From an uncultured Planctomycetales bacterium (lineage in GTDB: Bacteria > Omnitrophota > Gorgyraeia > Aquiviventales > Aquiviventaceae), in the NCBI GenBank assembly GCA_964556925.1, contig CAZKXY010000001.1, forward strand, positions 2,790-66,789: a DNA stretch of 64,000 bases. The letters run 5' to 3'. A program made the translations under genes and the position numbers. Below the pieces are notes generated by a model. It saw only the letters and a list, made by a program, of their open reading frames with translations. It did not search any database and had not been told where the DNA came from. Shown here in pieces: positions 18,799 through 28,491 of the stretch; the first letter of the stretch is position 1, and each line of letters starts with the position of its first letter.

Positions 18799-20006
18799 AG
18801 GTGCTGCGGATCATCACGCGGTTGAACATCGGGGGGCCGGCGATCCATGCGGCCCTGTTGTCGACGCAGCTCGATGCCGGGCGCTTCCCCACCTGCCTCG
18901 TCGCGGGAACGCCGCAGGCGGGCGAGGGTGATCTGAGCGGCCTGGTGCGCGGCGGAGCCGTGCGCCTGGTGCGGCTGTCCACGCTCGTCCGGCCGATCCG
19001 CCCGTGGGCGGATGCGAGGACGCTGATCGCGCTGTTGCGGATCCTCTGGGCCGAGCGCCCGCAGGTCATCCACACGCATCTGGCCAAGGCCGGGGCGCTA
19101 GGCCGGCTGGCCGCTTTCCTCTATAATGGCCTCGGGCCCGGCCGGGCCCAGGGGGCGCGGGCCGCGGTGCTGCACACCTTTCACGGGCATGTGCTGGAGG
19201 GGTATTTCTCGCCGGCGCTGTCGCGGGCCTTCCTGGCGGTCGAACGATGGCTGGCGCGCCGGACGGACTGCCTGATCGCGGTCAGCCCGGCGATTCGGGA
19301 GGAGCTGTTGGGGCGCAAGCGGATCGGCCGGCCCGCGCAATGGCGGGTGATCCCGTTGGGGGTGGACCTCTCCGCCCTGGCGGCGCTTCCGTCGTCGGAC
19401 GGCGACTCCCCGGTTCGGATCGGCTTGGTCGGGCGGCTGGTGCCGATCAAAAACCCCGGGTTGTTCCTCGAGGCGGTGGCGCGGCTGGCGCCGCAGACGG
19501 CGCATCCGGTGCGGGGCGTGATGGTCGGTGACGGCCCGCTGCGGCCGGCGTTGGAGCGGCACGCCCGTCGGTTGGGGCTGGAGCAGGCGGTTCGCTTCGC
19601 CGGCTGGCAACAGGCGCTGCCGTCGGTCTACGGCGCGCTGGACATTGTGTGCCTGACCTCGTGGAATGAAGGGACGCCTGTCTCGGTCATCGAGGCGATG
19701 GCGTCCAGCCGCGCGGTCGTGGCGACCGATGTGGGCGGCGTGCGGGACCTGCTGGACGACGGCCAGGGGCCGCGCCAGCCGGTCGCGCCCGGCACGTTCC
19801 ACCTCGCGGCGCGCGGGATGCTCGTCCGCCCTGGGGATGCGCAGGGGCTGGCCGCCGCCCTGCGGGTCATGGTGGAGGATGCGGCGCTGCGCCGCCGGCT
19901 CGGCCAGGCGGCCCGCGCCTACGCGGTGGCGAGCTTCGCCCCCGAGCGGTTGGTGCGGGACATGGCCGCGTGCTACGAGGAGCTGATGGCAGGGAGGCAG
20001 CGATGA
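18795..20006 (+). CDS. GT4 glycosyltransferase
   Basis: IITRLNIGGPA, HTFHGH, VGRLVPIKN, SWNEGTPVSVIEAM (Ex7E), TDVGG. Confidence 0.93.
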   Translation: MKVLRIITRLNIGGPAIHAALLSTQLDAGRFPTCLVAGTPQAGEGDLSGLVRGGAVRLVRLSTLVRPIRPWADARTLIALLRILWAERPQVIHTHLAKAGALGRLAAFLYNGLGPGRAQGARAAVLHTFHGHVLEGYFSPALSRAFLAVERWLARRTDCLIAVSPAIREELLGRKRIGRPAQWRVIPLGVDLSALAALPSSDGDSPVRIGLVGRLVPIKNPGLFLEAVARLAPQTAHPVRGVMVGDGPLRPALERHARRLGLEQAVRFAGWQQALPSVYGALDIVCLTSWNEGTPVSVIEAMASSRAVVATDVGGVRDLLDDGQGPRQPVAPGTFHLAARGMLVRPGDAQGLAAALRVMVEDAALRRRLGQAARAYAVASFAPERLVRDMAACYEELMAGRQR

Positions 20007-20034
20007 AGGCCTTGATGACGGGCGGGGCGGCGAG

Positions 20035-21108
20035 ATGAAGGCGCTCATTACGGGCGGGGCGGGGTTCATCGGATCGCATCTGACCGAGGCGCTCCTCAGG
20101 CGGGGCGATCACGTGACGGTGCTGGACGATCTCTCGACCGGCCGGTACGAGAACCTCGCGCACCTGGACGGCCGCCCGGAGCTCCAGGTCGTCATCGGGA
20201 CGGTCCTGAACGAGACCCTGGTGGACAAGTTCACCGAGCGGTGCGACGTGGTATTCCACCTGGCGGCCGCGGTCGGGGTGGAGCTGATCATCAAGAAGCC
20301 GCTGGAGTCGCTCATGACCAACATCCGCGGCAGCGAGATCATCCTCGAGATGGCCCACCGGTACCGCAAGAAGGTCCTGGTCGCCTCCACCTCCGAGATC
20401 TACGGCAAGAACACCACCGGCCCGCTGCGGGAGGACACCGACCGGGTGCTGGGCTCGGCCCTGAAGACGCGGTGGAGCTACTCGACGTCGAAAGCCGTGG
20501 ATGAAATCCTCGCGTACGTCTACTGGAAAGAGAAGAAGGTCCCGACGGTCATCGTGCGCCTCTTCAACACGGTCGGGCCCAGGCAGAGCGGCGCGTACGG
20601 GATGGTGATCCCGCGGTTTGTCAGCCAGGCGCTGGCGGGCAGGCCCCTCCAGGTGCACGGGGACGGCACGCAGACCCGGTGCTTCCTGCACGTGAACGAT
20701 GTCGTGCAGGCCCTGACGAAGCTCATCGAGCATCCCGGCGCCGTGGGGCAGGTGTTCAACCTCGGCAGCCAGGAGGAGGTGACGATCGAGGAGCTGGCGA
20801 AGCGCATCATCCGCCTCACCGGCAGCGCCTCTCGCATCGAGTACCTCCCGTATGACCAGGCGTATGAGGAAGGCTACGAGGACATGCCGCGGCGGGTGCC
20901 GGATACGAGCAAGGTCCGCGCGCTGATCGGCTTTGCGCCGAGCATGAATCTCGATGAGACCATCCGCAGCGTGGTCAGGAGCATGCGGCCTGAGAGGCCG
21001 GCCGCGCCCGCCACGGATCGCCCCACCCCGCCGGCGCGCCGGCGCCTCCGGAGAGGTGTCAGACACCTTTCAAAGCGGGAAAAGTGTCTGACACCTCTGG
21101 TGCGATGA
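20035..21108 (+). CDS. NAD-dependent nucleotide-sugar epimerase/dehydratase (extended SDR)
   Basis: ITGGAGFIG, HLAAAVG, STSEIYG, YSTSK, RLFNTVGPRQ; C-terminal tail partly repeat-derived. Confidence 0.93.
   Translation: MKALITGGAGFIGSHLTEALLRRGDHVTVLDDLSTGRYENLAHLDGRPELQVVIGTVLNETLVDKFTERCDVVFHLAAAVGVELIIKKPLESLMTNIRGSEIILEMAHRYRKKVLVASTSEIYGKNTTGPLREDTDRVLGSALKTRWSYSTSKAVDEILAYVYWKEKKVPTVIVRLFNTVGPRQSGAYGMVIPRFVSQALAGRPLQVHGDGTQTRCFLHVNDVVQALTKLIEHPGAVGQVFNLGSQEEVTIEELAKRIIRLTGSASRIEYLPYDQAYEEGYEDMPRRVPDTSKVRALIGFAPSMNLDETIRSVVRSMRPERPAAPATDRPTPPARRRLRRGVRHLSKREKCLTPLVR
21052..21098. repeat. Family A double-palindrome element (in-frame in epimerase C-terminus)
   Basis: AGAGGTGTCAGACAC (21052-21066) / GTGTCTGACACCTCT (21084-21098), perfect 15-bp IR around ctttcaaagcgggaaaa. 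Confidence 0.95.
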
Positions 21109-22952
21109 GTGTCATGGCTCGGCACGTGGAGGCGTGGCTGAGCGCTCCGGTGTGGCAACAGCTCGGGATCGGCTGGCTGGCGGGGCTCACCGCCTTGCTC
21201 GTGACCCTGATGCTGACGCCGCTCGTCCGCGAGATGGCGGTGCGGTTCGGGTGGGTGGCCAGGCCGGTCGGGGACCGGTGGGGCCGGCGCGCCGTCGCGC
21301 GGCTCGGCGGGGTGGCCATGTTCGCCGGCTTTGTGACGGCGGTCCTCATCTGGGCGCCGCTTGAGCCGCGCGTGATCGGGCTCTTGGGGGGCACGGTCCT
21401 GGTGTTCCTCTTGGGTCTGCTCGATGACATCCGGCGGATGCCGGCCCATACGAAGCTCGTGGGGCAGCTGCTCATCGGCTGCGTCGTCGTGCTCAGCGGC
21501 ATCCGCGTGGAGGTGAGCGCCTGGCCCTGGCTGTCGATCCCGCTGTCGGTCTTCTGGTTCGTGCTGGTCATGAACGCCTTCAACCTGCTGGACAACATGG
21601 ACGGCCTGGCGGCCGGCGTCGGGGCCATCGCCGCCGCGTTCTGCGTCGTCCATGCGGCGCTCGCCGGCGAGCGGATCGTGGCGATGCTGGCGGTGATCCT
21701 GTGCGGCACGTGCCTGGGGTTTCTCTTGCTCAACTTCCCTCCGGCGAAGATCTACATGGGCGATTCCGGCAGCCACTTCCTGGGCCTCAGCTTGGCCGCG
21801 TTGGCGCTGCTCGGCGGTTGGCGCCATTCCACGCACCTGTTGAGCGTGCTGGCGGTGCCGTCGCTGATCCTGGCGGTGCCGATCTTCGACACGTGCTTCG
21901 TCACGGTGCAGCGGCTCGCGCACCGGCTGCACCCGTTCGTCGGCGGGCGCGACCACGTGTCGCACCGGCTGGCCATCCTCGGCCTGAGCACCCGCCAGAC
22001 GGTGATCGCCCTCTACGGCCTGAGCGCGTCCCTCGGCGTGCTCAGCGTCGTGTCCCTCTCCCTGCGGCCGCTGGCGACGGTCGTGATGTGGCTGTTTGCC
22101 CTGACGGGGTTCGTCCTGGTCGGTTCGTACCTCTCGAACGTCAAGGTGTATCGGCTGAGCCGAACGCCGGCCGAGGCGGAGGAGGAACCGGATCGGCCCG
22201 TCACCCTGATCGACACCATGCTGATGCACAAACGCCGGCTCGTGGAGATCCTGGTGGACTTCGTCCTGGTGGGCGGCGTCTACGTCGTCGCCTACCTCCT
22301 GCGGTTCGAAGGGGCGCTGACGAGGGACCTCCAGCAGCTGATCGTGCAGTCGCTGCCGGTGATCCTGGTGGTGAAGTTGACATCCTTCGCCGCCTGCGGG
22401 GTGTACCGGGGCATCTGGCGCTACCTGAGCCTGCCGGATGTGGTGACGGTCTTCAAAGCGGTGACGCTCGGCTCGGTGGGTTCGGCGCTGGCGGTCTTGT
22501 ATCTCTGGCGGTTCGGCGGCTATTCCCGCGCGGTGTTCATCATCGACTGGATGCTGACCTTTTTCGCCGTCGGCGGCTCGCGGGTTCTGGAGCGGCTGCT
22601 CGATGAATGGATCAGCGCGGCCTCGGCGCAGGGGACCCCGCTGGTGATCATCGGGGCGGGGGATACCGGCGCGCGCGTGTTGCGGGCGCTGAAAGACGAG
22701 GGCCACGCGCGCCGCGTGATCGGGTTGCTCGATGATAACGTCCGCACGCACGGCGACCGCATCCACGGCGTGCCGGTCTTGGGCGGGCGGGGCAGGCTGC
22801 CGGAGCTGATTCAGGGCGCCGGGGTGCGGGAAATCCTCATCGCGATGAGCGACCCGCCGGGGGAGCTGCTCCACTACATCCAGCGCTGCTGCGAGCCGCA
22901 TGGCGCCTCCTGGAAAATCGTGACCGCGGGGATCATGCATGCCCCCGAATAG
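21105..22952 (+). CDS. WecA/MraY-family polyprenyl-P HexNAc-1-P transferase fused to PglF/CapD-like membrane and Rossmann-like domain
   Basis: LGLLDD, NAFNLLDNMDGL, NFPPAKIYMGDSG, DHVSHRL; then GVYRGIWRY, SRAVFIID, IIGAGDTG, GLLDDN. Confidence 0.88.
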   Translation: MSVMARHVEAWLSAPVWQQLGIGWLAGLTALLVTLMLTPLVREMAVRFGWVARPVGDRWGRRAVARLGGVAMFAGFVTAVLIWAPLEPRVIGLLGGTVLVFLLGLLDDIRRMPAHTKLVGQLLIGCVVVLSGIRVEVSAWPWLSIPLSVFWFVLVMNAFNLLDNMDGLAAGVGAIAAAFCVVHAALAGERIVAMLAVILCGTCLGFLLLNFPPAKIYMGDSGSHFLGLSLAALALLGGWRHSTHLLSVLAVPSLILAVPIFDTCFVTVQRLAHRLHPFVGGRDHVSHRLAILGLSTRQTVIALYGLSASLGVLSVVSLSLRPLATVVMWLFALTGFVLVGSYLSNVKVYRLSRTPAEAEEEPDRPVTLIDTMLMHKRRLVEILVDFVLVGGVYVVAYLLRFEGALTRDLQQLIVQSLPVILVVKLTSFAACGVYRGIWRYLSLPDVVTVFKAVTLGSVGSALAVLYLWRFGGYSRAVFIIDWMLTFFAVGGSRVLERLLDEWISAASAQGTPLVIIGAGDTGARVLRALKDEGHARRVIGLLDDNVRTHGDRIHGVPVLGGRGRLPELIQGAGVREILIAMSDPPGELLHYIQRCCEPHGASWKIVTAGIMHAPE

Positions 22953-24171
22953 CCTCGGCGTGTGGGCCCGCCGCCTCCAGCTCGCCGGCCTCTACGTGCT
23001 GCTGGGCGCGTTGCCGTTTTCAAAGGCCGCGGTCGAGATCTGTTTTGGCCTTCTGCTCATCGGGTGGGTGATCGAACGCCTGCAGCCCGCCACGCGGTTC
23101 TTGACGGTGTGGCGCTCGCGGCGCCTGCGCCCGATCCTGACCGGCCTGCTGGCGTACCTCGCGATCTGCGCGGCATCGATCGCCGTCAGCGACTTTCCCG
23201 GCAAGAGCCTGGACGGCTTCGTGTCCAAGTGGCTCGAGTACCTGCTGTTCCTGGTCATTGTCGCGGACCTGGGATCCCGGCCGGGGGTGGCGGCTCGGGG
23301 GCTCGCCATCCTCGCCGGGTCCGGGGGGGCGGTGTTCCTGCTGGGCCTCTGGCAGGAGCAGCAGATTCTGGCGTTCCAGCCGGCGCTGGCAGTCGCTCCC
23401 GCGCATCCGATCGGGGCGTACTGGCGGATGACCGGTCCGTATGAGAACCCCATCGACCTGGCGACCTACCTGATGACGACGACCCCGATCCTGGTGACGT
23501 GGGGCCTGTCCCAGCGCGGGTGGCGGCGCTGGAGCCTGGTGGGCCTGGGGATGCTCCTCCTCGCCTGCCTGGGTCGGACCGAAGCGCTGGGGGCCTGGCT
23601 GGGGCTGGCGGCGGGCCTGGCCGCCGCGGCCTGGATGGACCGGACGTTTCGGTGGCGCGCCCTCGCCATCATGGCGGCGCTGGGACTCGGTGCCGTCGCG
23701 GTGCTGGTCGCCACCGGGCACGCGACCAGGTTTTCGCCGGTGGACGCGGGCACCCGTGACCGCTGGATGATGTGGCAGGCGGCGCTGCGCATGATCGAGG
23801 ACCGCCCGCTGCTCGGCCACGGCGTCAACACCTTCATGGCCAACTACCTGACGTATTGGGTCGGGGGCGAGCGGGTTCCCCGGTACGCCCACAATTGCTA
23901 CCTGCAGGTGGCGGCGGAAACCGGCCTGATCGGCCTGGCCGCGTTCGCCTGGCTCCTGGGCGCGCTCGTGCTCCGCTGGGCCGCCGGGATCAAGGACGCC
24001 TCAGCACCGCAGCGGGCGATGCTCACCGGAGTGACCGCTGGCCTGGTGGCGTTTCTCGTGCAGGCCGGGCTCGACACGAACTTCTACGCGTTGCGCCAGG
24101 CGGCGCTGTTCTGGGTGCTGTCCGGATTCGCCGTTGGGTTGAGCGAGCCGCCCGGCGTCCCGCCGGGTTGA
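22939..24171 (+). CDS. O-antigen ligase family (WaaL-like)
   Basis: Multiple TM; RMTGPYENP, RWMMWQAALRMIEDRPLLGHG, AHNCYLQVAAETGLIG. Confidence 0.9.
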   Translation: MPPNSLGVWARRLQLAGLYVLLGALPFSKAAVEICFGLLLIGWVIERLQPATRFLTVWRSRRLRPILTGLLAYLAICAASIAVSDFPGKSLDGFVSKWLEYLLFLVIVADLGSRPGVAARGLAILAGSGGAVFLLGLWQEQQILAFQPALAVAPAHPIGAYWRMTGPYENPIDLATYLMTTTPILVTWGLSQRGWRRWSLVGLGMLLLACLGRTEALGAWLGLAAGLAAAAWMDRTFRWRALAIMAALGLGAVAVLVATGHATRFSPVDAGTRDRWMMWQAALRMIEDRPLLGHGVNTFMANYLTYWVGGERVPRYAHNCYLQVAAETGLIGLAAFAWLLGALVLRWAAGIKDASAPQRAMLTGVTAGLVAFLVQAGLDTNFYALRQAALFWVLSGFAVGLSEPPGVPPG

Positions 24172-24199
24172 CCGGCACCTGCCCCGCTGTGAGTCCCCC

Positions 24200-25207
24200 G
24201 TGAGCCCTGCGAGCGACATCCATCGGATCCTCGTCCTGCGAACGGACCGGCTCGGGGAGACCCTCCTCACCCTGCCGGCGGTGGCGGCGCTGCGGACCGT
24301 GATGCCCGGCTCGTCGGTCACCTTGCTCGTGCATCCTGAGCTGGCGTCGCTCTTGGCCGGCTCGCCCGGCGTTGAGGACGTCCTGCCCTACGACCGCGCC
24401 GCGCATCCCGCCTGGGGGGTCCGGGCGTGGCGCCTGGGACGCTCCCTGCGGGAGCGCCGGTTCGATCTGGCGATTGTCTCCAACCCGATGAAAGAATTGC
24501 ATCTGGCCGTGTGGGTGGCCGGCATCACGCGCCGAGTCGGCTACGACCGGAAATGGAGCTGGTGCCTGACCCGCCGCATCCCTGACCGCAAGGCGCTTGG
24601 CGAGCGCCATGAGCTGGAGTATACTATGGATCTCGTGAAGGCCGCTGTTGACGAACCGCTTCCGCCCCTCGTCCCTCGATGGCCCCTCCCAACGTTTGAC
24701 CGTGAGCACGGTGAGGTGCTGCAGCGGCTTGAGGAGCAAGGGATCCAGCGATCAGAGCCGTTCGTGGCGGTCCATCCGTGGACGTCCAATCCCCAGAAGC
24801 AATGGCCGTCCTTGCGCTACCAGACGGTGATCCGGGTCCTCGCGCAACAGCTGCCTGTCGCGGTCGTGGGGGGCGCTGAGGCGCGCCAGGCGGTCCGCCA
24901 CCTGCTCCCCGCTCCCCTGCCGCGCGTGGCCGATCTCGTCGGGCACCTGACCCTTCGGCAGTTGGCGGCGATCCTGCAGCGCGCGAGGCTGCTCCTCTCC
25001 AATGACAGCGGACCGGTGCACCTGGCGGCCGCGATGGGCACGCCGACCGTGGTGCTCTTCGGCACGCCGGATGCGGCGACCGGCCCCAAGCGGTGGGGAC
25101 CGTGGGGGTCCATTCACACGGTGATCTGGAAACCCTCGATGGACGCCATCAGCGTGGATGAGGTGATCGCCGCCGTGGAAGCGGCGGTCGCGCACCGGGC
25201 GCCATGA
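24200..25207 (+). CDS. GT9 heptosyltransferase family
   Basis: ILVLRTDRLGE, KQWP, NDSGPVHLAAAMGTPTVVLFG. Confidence 0.92.
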   Translation: MSPASDIHRILVLRTDRLGETLLTLPAVAALRTVMPGSSVTLLVHPELASLLAGSPGVEDVLPYDRAAHPAWGVRAWRLGRSLRERRFDLAIVSNPMKELHLAVWVAGITRRVGYDRKWSWCLTRRIPDRKALGERHELEYTMDLVKAAVDEPLPPLVPRWPLPTFDREHGEVLQRLEEQGIQRSEPFVAVHPWTSNPQKQWPSLRYQTVIRVLAQQLPVAVVGGAEARQAVRHLLPAPLPRVADLVGHLTLRQLAAILQRARLLLSNDSGPVHLAAAMGTPTVVLFGTPDAATGPKRWGPWGSIHTVIWKPSMDAISVDEVIAAVEAAVAHRAP

Positions 25208-26313
25208 GCGCGATCCAGCGCATCCTCATCATCAATCCCTTCGGCATCGGCGACGTGCTGTTCACGACGCCGCTGATCCGGGCCCTCCGGCAGGCCTTTC
25301 CCGACAGCCGCATCGGGTACCTCTGCAACCGGCGCACCGAGCGGACGCTGCAGGATAACCCCCACCTGGATGAGCTGTTCATCTACGAGAAGGATGAGCT
25401 GGTGCGGCTGTGGCGGGCTTCGTGGTGGCAGGGGGTGGCCTATGCCGCCCGCCTGGTCCGCCGCCTCAGACAGGCGCGGTTCGATCTCGTGATCGACCTG
25501 TCCTTGGGGGAGCGATACAGCTTCCTCGTGAAGCTCCTCGGGGTGCGCCGGCGCATCGGGTTCGATTACCGCCGCCGGGGCCGGTTTCTCACCCAGCGGC
25601 TGGAGATTGACGGCTACCACGACGCCCACGTCGTGGACTACTACGATCGCCTCCTGCGGTTCATGGGGATCCGGACGGCCGACGCCTCGTTGGAGCTGCA
25701 TGTGAACGTCGCCGACGAGCGGTGGGCCTTGGGCTGGATCCGCGCGCGCCGGTTGCAGGACGTGCGCCTGCTCGTGGGCATCGTCCCGGCCGGCGGGGTC
25801 AGTTGGGGCATTGACGCGCCGTTTCGACGCTGGGGGTTGGAGCGCTTCGCGGCGGTGGGCGATGCGCTGATCGAGCGGCACGACGCGACCGTCGTGCTCT
25901 TCGGCGAAGCCACCGATGTCGCGTTGTGCCAGACCGTGGGCCGTCTCATGCGGCATCCGGTCATCGACTTAAGCGGCCAGACCACGTTCGGCCAGTTCGT
26001 GAGCCTGCTCAGCCGGCTGGGGCTGGTCATCTGCAACGACGGCGGGCCGTTGCATCTGGCCGTCAGCCAGGGGGTCAGGACCGTGTCGATTTTCGGGCCG
26101 GTGGACCCGCAGGTCTACGGCCCGTACGGGTCCCCTGGCCGCCACCGGGTCGTGACGAAGCCGCTGCCGTGCCGGCCCTGCTACCATCGGTTCCGGCTGC
26201 CGCCGTGCCCCTATAACCGCGCCTGCCTCAATGAGCTGTCCGTGGAGGACGTGCTGGCGAGCATCGAGGACACCATGCAGGATCTGCGCGCCGGCGCAGC
26301 GGTGCCCTCCTGA
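25204..26313 (+). CDS. GT9 heptosyltransferase family (WaaF-like)
   Basis: GIGDVLFTTP, NDGGPLHLA, IFGPVDP, LPCRPC...C...CL. Confidence 0.92.
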   Translation: MSAIQRILIINPFGIGDVLFTTPLIRALRQAFPDSRIGYLCNRRTERTLQDNPHLDELFIYEKDELVRLWRASWWQGVAYAARLVRRLRQARFDLVIDLSLGERYSFLVKLLGVRRRIGFDYRRRGRFLTQRLEIDGYHDAHVVDYYDRLLRFMGIRTADASLELHVNVADERWALGWIRARRLQDVRLLVGIVPAGGVSWGIDAPFRRWGLERFAAVGDALIERHDATVVLFGEATDVALCQTVGRLMRHPVIDLSGQTTFGQFVSLLSRLGLVICNDGGPLHLAVSQGVRTVSIFGPVDPQVYGPYGSPGRHRVVTKPLPCRPCYHRFRLPPCPYNRACLNELSVEDVLASIEDTMQDLRAGAAVPS

Positions 26314-27425
26314 TGCGGGTGCCCTACGTCGACCTGCCGGCCCAGTCCGTTGAGGTGCATGGCGCCCTCCACCGCGCCTTCGACCGCGTGCTGCGGCGCG
26401 GGGATTTTGTGCTGGGGGAAGCGGTCGAGGCCTTCGAGGCGGCCTTCGCGCGAAGCTGCCAGGCGCCCTACGCGGTGGGCGTCAACTCCGGCACCGACGC
26501 GCTGTGGCTGTCGCTGGCGGCGCTGGGGATCGGGCCGGGCGATGAGGTGATCACGACCGCCTACACCTTCTTCGCCACCGCCTCCGCGATCGCGCTCACG
26601 GGCGCCTCGCCCGTGGCGGCGGACATCGATCCGGTGACGTACACCCTCGATCCGGCCTCCGTGGAGGCGGCCGTGACGAAGCGGACGAAGGCGATCCTGG
26701 CCGTCCATCTGTTCGGCCAGCCGGCGGACATGGACCGCTTGACCAGGATCGCGAGGCGGCACCGGCTCGCGCTGGTGGAGGATTGCGCGCAGGCCCACGG
26801 GGCCGCGTTCCGGGGACAGAGCGTGGGCACGTTCGGGGAGGCGGGCGCCTTCAGTTTTTACCCGACCAAGAACCTCAGCGCGCTGGGAGACGCCGGCCTC
26901 ATCGTCACGACCCGCCGCGCCCTCCGCGACCGGCTGCGGCTGTTGCGGGATCATGGCCAGACCCGACCCTACCGCCACGCGGCGCTGGGTCACAACAGCC
27001 GCCTGGACACGCTCCAGGCGGCGGTGCTGCTGGCGAAGCTGCCGCGCCTGGCCGCGTGGAACCGGCGCCGGGCCCAGCACGCGCGGCGCTACACGGCGCG
27101 CCTTGGCGCGTGCGCCGCGCGGATCGTGCTGCCGCACGCCGCGCCGCATCGGACGCACGTGTACCACGTCTATGCCGTGCAGGTGCCCGGGCGCGACCGG
27201 GTTGTCCGTGGGCTGCGTGCGCGCGGCATCCAGGCCCTGGTCCACTACCCGTCGCTGTTCTACGAGCAGCCGGTCTTCCGGCGGCTCGGGTGCCGTCGGG
27301 GCCGCTGCCCCGTGGCCGAGCGGCTCGCGCGGCGTGCCGTCTCGCTGCCGATCGCGCCACAGCTTCAGCCCGCGCAGATCGACTACGTGGCGGAGCAACT
27401 CATCAACATCGTGGGGGGACGATGA
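26313..27425 (+). CDS. DegT/DnrJ/EryC1/StrS PLP-dependent sugar aminotransferase
   Basis: VNSGTDAL, VHLFGQPAD, EDCAQAHG, FSFYPTKNL, NSRLDTLQA. Confidence 0.95.
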   Translation: MRVPYVDLPAQSVEVHGALHRAFDRVLRRGDFVLGEAVEAFEAAFARSCQAPYAVGVNSGTDALWLSLAALGIGPGDEVITTAYTFFATASAIALTGASPVAADIDPVTYTLDPASVEAAVTKRTKAILAVHLFGQPADMDRLTRIARRHRLALVEDCAQAHGAAFRGQSVGTFGEAGAFSFYPTKNLSALGDAGLIVTTRRALRDRLRLLRDHGQTRPYRHAALGHNSRLDTLQAAVLLAKLPRLAAWNRRRAQHARRYTARLGACAARIVLPHAAPHRTHVYHVYAVQVPGRDRVVRGLRARGIQALVHYPSLFYEQPVFRRLGCRRGRCPVAERLARRAVSLPIAPQLQPAQIDYVAEQLINIVGGR

Positions 27426-27521
27426 TCGTTGCTCGATCGTCCCTGCTTCTGGCTGCGGGGCCGGCTCGCCTGCGGTGCGCGGCATCGCTCCGGCCGCCCA
27501 GCGTGCGGCCGGTCGCTCAAA

Positions 27522-27577
27522 AGGTGTCAGACACCTTTCCCGATGCGAGACGAGCGGTCGAAAGGTGTCTGACACCT
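27522..27577. repeat. Family B double-palindrome element (20-nt spacer), intergenic
   Basis: AGGTGTCAGACACCTTTC / GAAAGGTGTCTGACACCT, 18-bp IR around ccgatgcgagacgagcggtc. Confidence 0.93.
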
Positions 27578-27636
27578 GTTGCGATGCGCAGCGGCAGGAC
27601 CCGTCGGGCCAACACAGACCTGCAACAGGTGGCGGG

Positions 27637-28491
27637 ATGGCGCGACGCGTGACGATCGGGGCGGTGTACTGCGTCTACAACGAGGATGAGTACATCGCCT
27701 ATTCGATCCGGTCCATCCTCGGCTTCGCCGACCGGATCTTCGTGCTGCTCGGCCGGGCGCCGTATTCCGCCTATAACGCCAGGGCGCGGGAACAGTTCAC
27801 CGCGGCCGACCGGACCGAGGCGATCGTCGACGCGCTCGCCCGGGAGCATGCCGCCATCACGCTGGTGAAGGGGCTGTGGGACTCCGAGCTCGCGCACCGC
27901 AATGCCGGCTTGCAATGGTGCTGGCGCGAAGGCTGCCGCTACTACTTCCTGATCGACGGCGACGAGGTGTACCGGCGGGACCACCTTGTGCGGCTGCGGG
28001 AGGAGATCCTCGCGCATCCCGAGGCCGGGCAGTTCATCATCAAGTGCGACCTCTTCTGGCGCAGCTTCCGCTACCGGATCCCGGCGAGCGAGCTCGCGTG
28101 GATGCCGCGGCGGGTCTTCAAGCTGACGCGCGTCTCGGAGCTTGGCAAGACGCACCTGCCCGTGCCGCTGCGGTGCCGGTTCACCGGCAACAACAAAACC
28201 AATAGCTGGGGCGCGGTGCACCACCTGGAGCCATCCCAGGTGAAGTTCTACCACTTTTCCTTCGCGCGCTCCCCGGAGAAGATGCGCGAGAAACTGCTCA
28301 CCTACAGCCATGCCCACGAAATCCTGGACGGCTGGTTTGAGCGCGTCTGGTTGCGCTGGCCGCAGCAGCGCGACATGACGAACCTCAACCCGGTGGATCC
28401 GCCCAAGCTGCCCCGGGCCGTCCTCCACGACGTGGCCGATCTACCCGAGGTCATGCGGGACCATCCCTATTACCACCAGGACATCATATGA
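27637..28491 (+). CDS. GT2-like glycosyltransferase
   Basis: CVYNEDEYI, HRNAGL, LIDGDEVY (DxD), YHFSFARS. Confidence 0.8.
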   Translation: MARRVTIGAVYCVYNEDEYIAYSIRSILGFADRIFVLLGRAPYSAYNARAREQFTAADRTEAIVDALAREHAAITLVKGLWDSELAHRNAGLQWCWREGCRYYFLIDGDEVYRRDHLVRLREEILAHPEAGQFIIKCDLFWRSFRYRIPASELAWMPRRVFKLTRVSELGKTHLPVPLRCRFTGNNKTNSWGAVHHLEPSQVKFYHFSFARSPEKMREKLLTYSHAHEILDGWFERVWLRWPQQRDMTNLNPVDPPKLPRAVLHDVADLPEVMRDHPYYHQDII

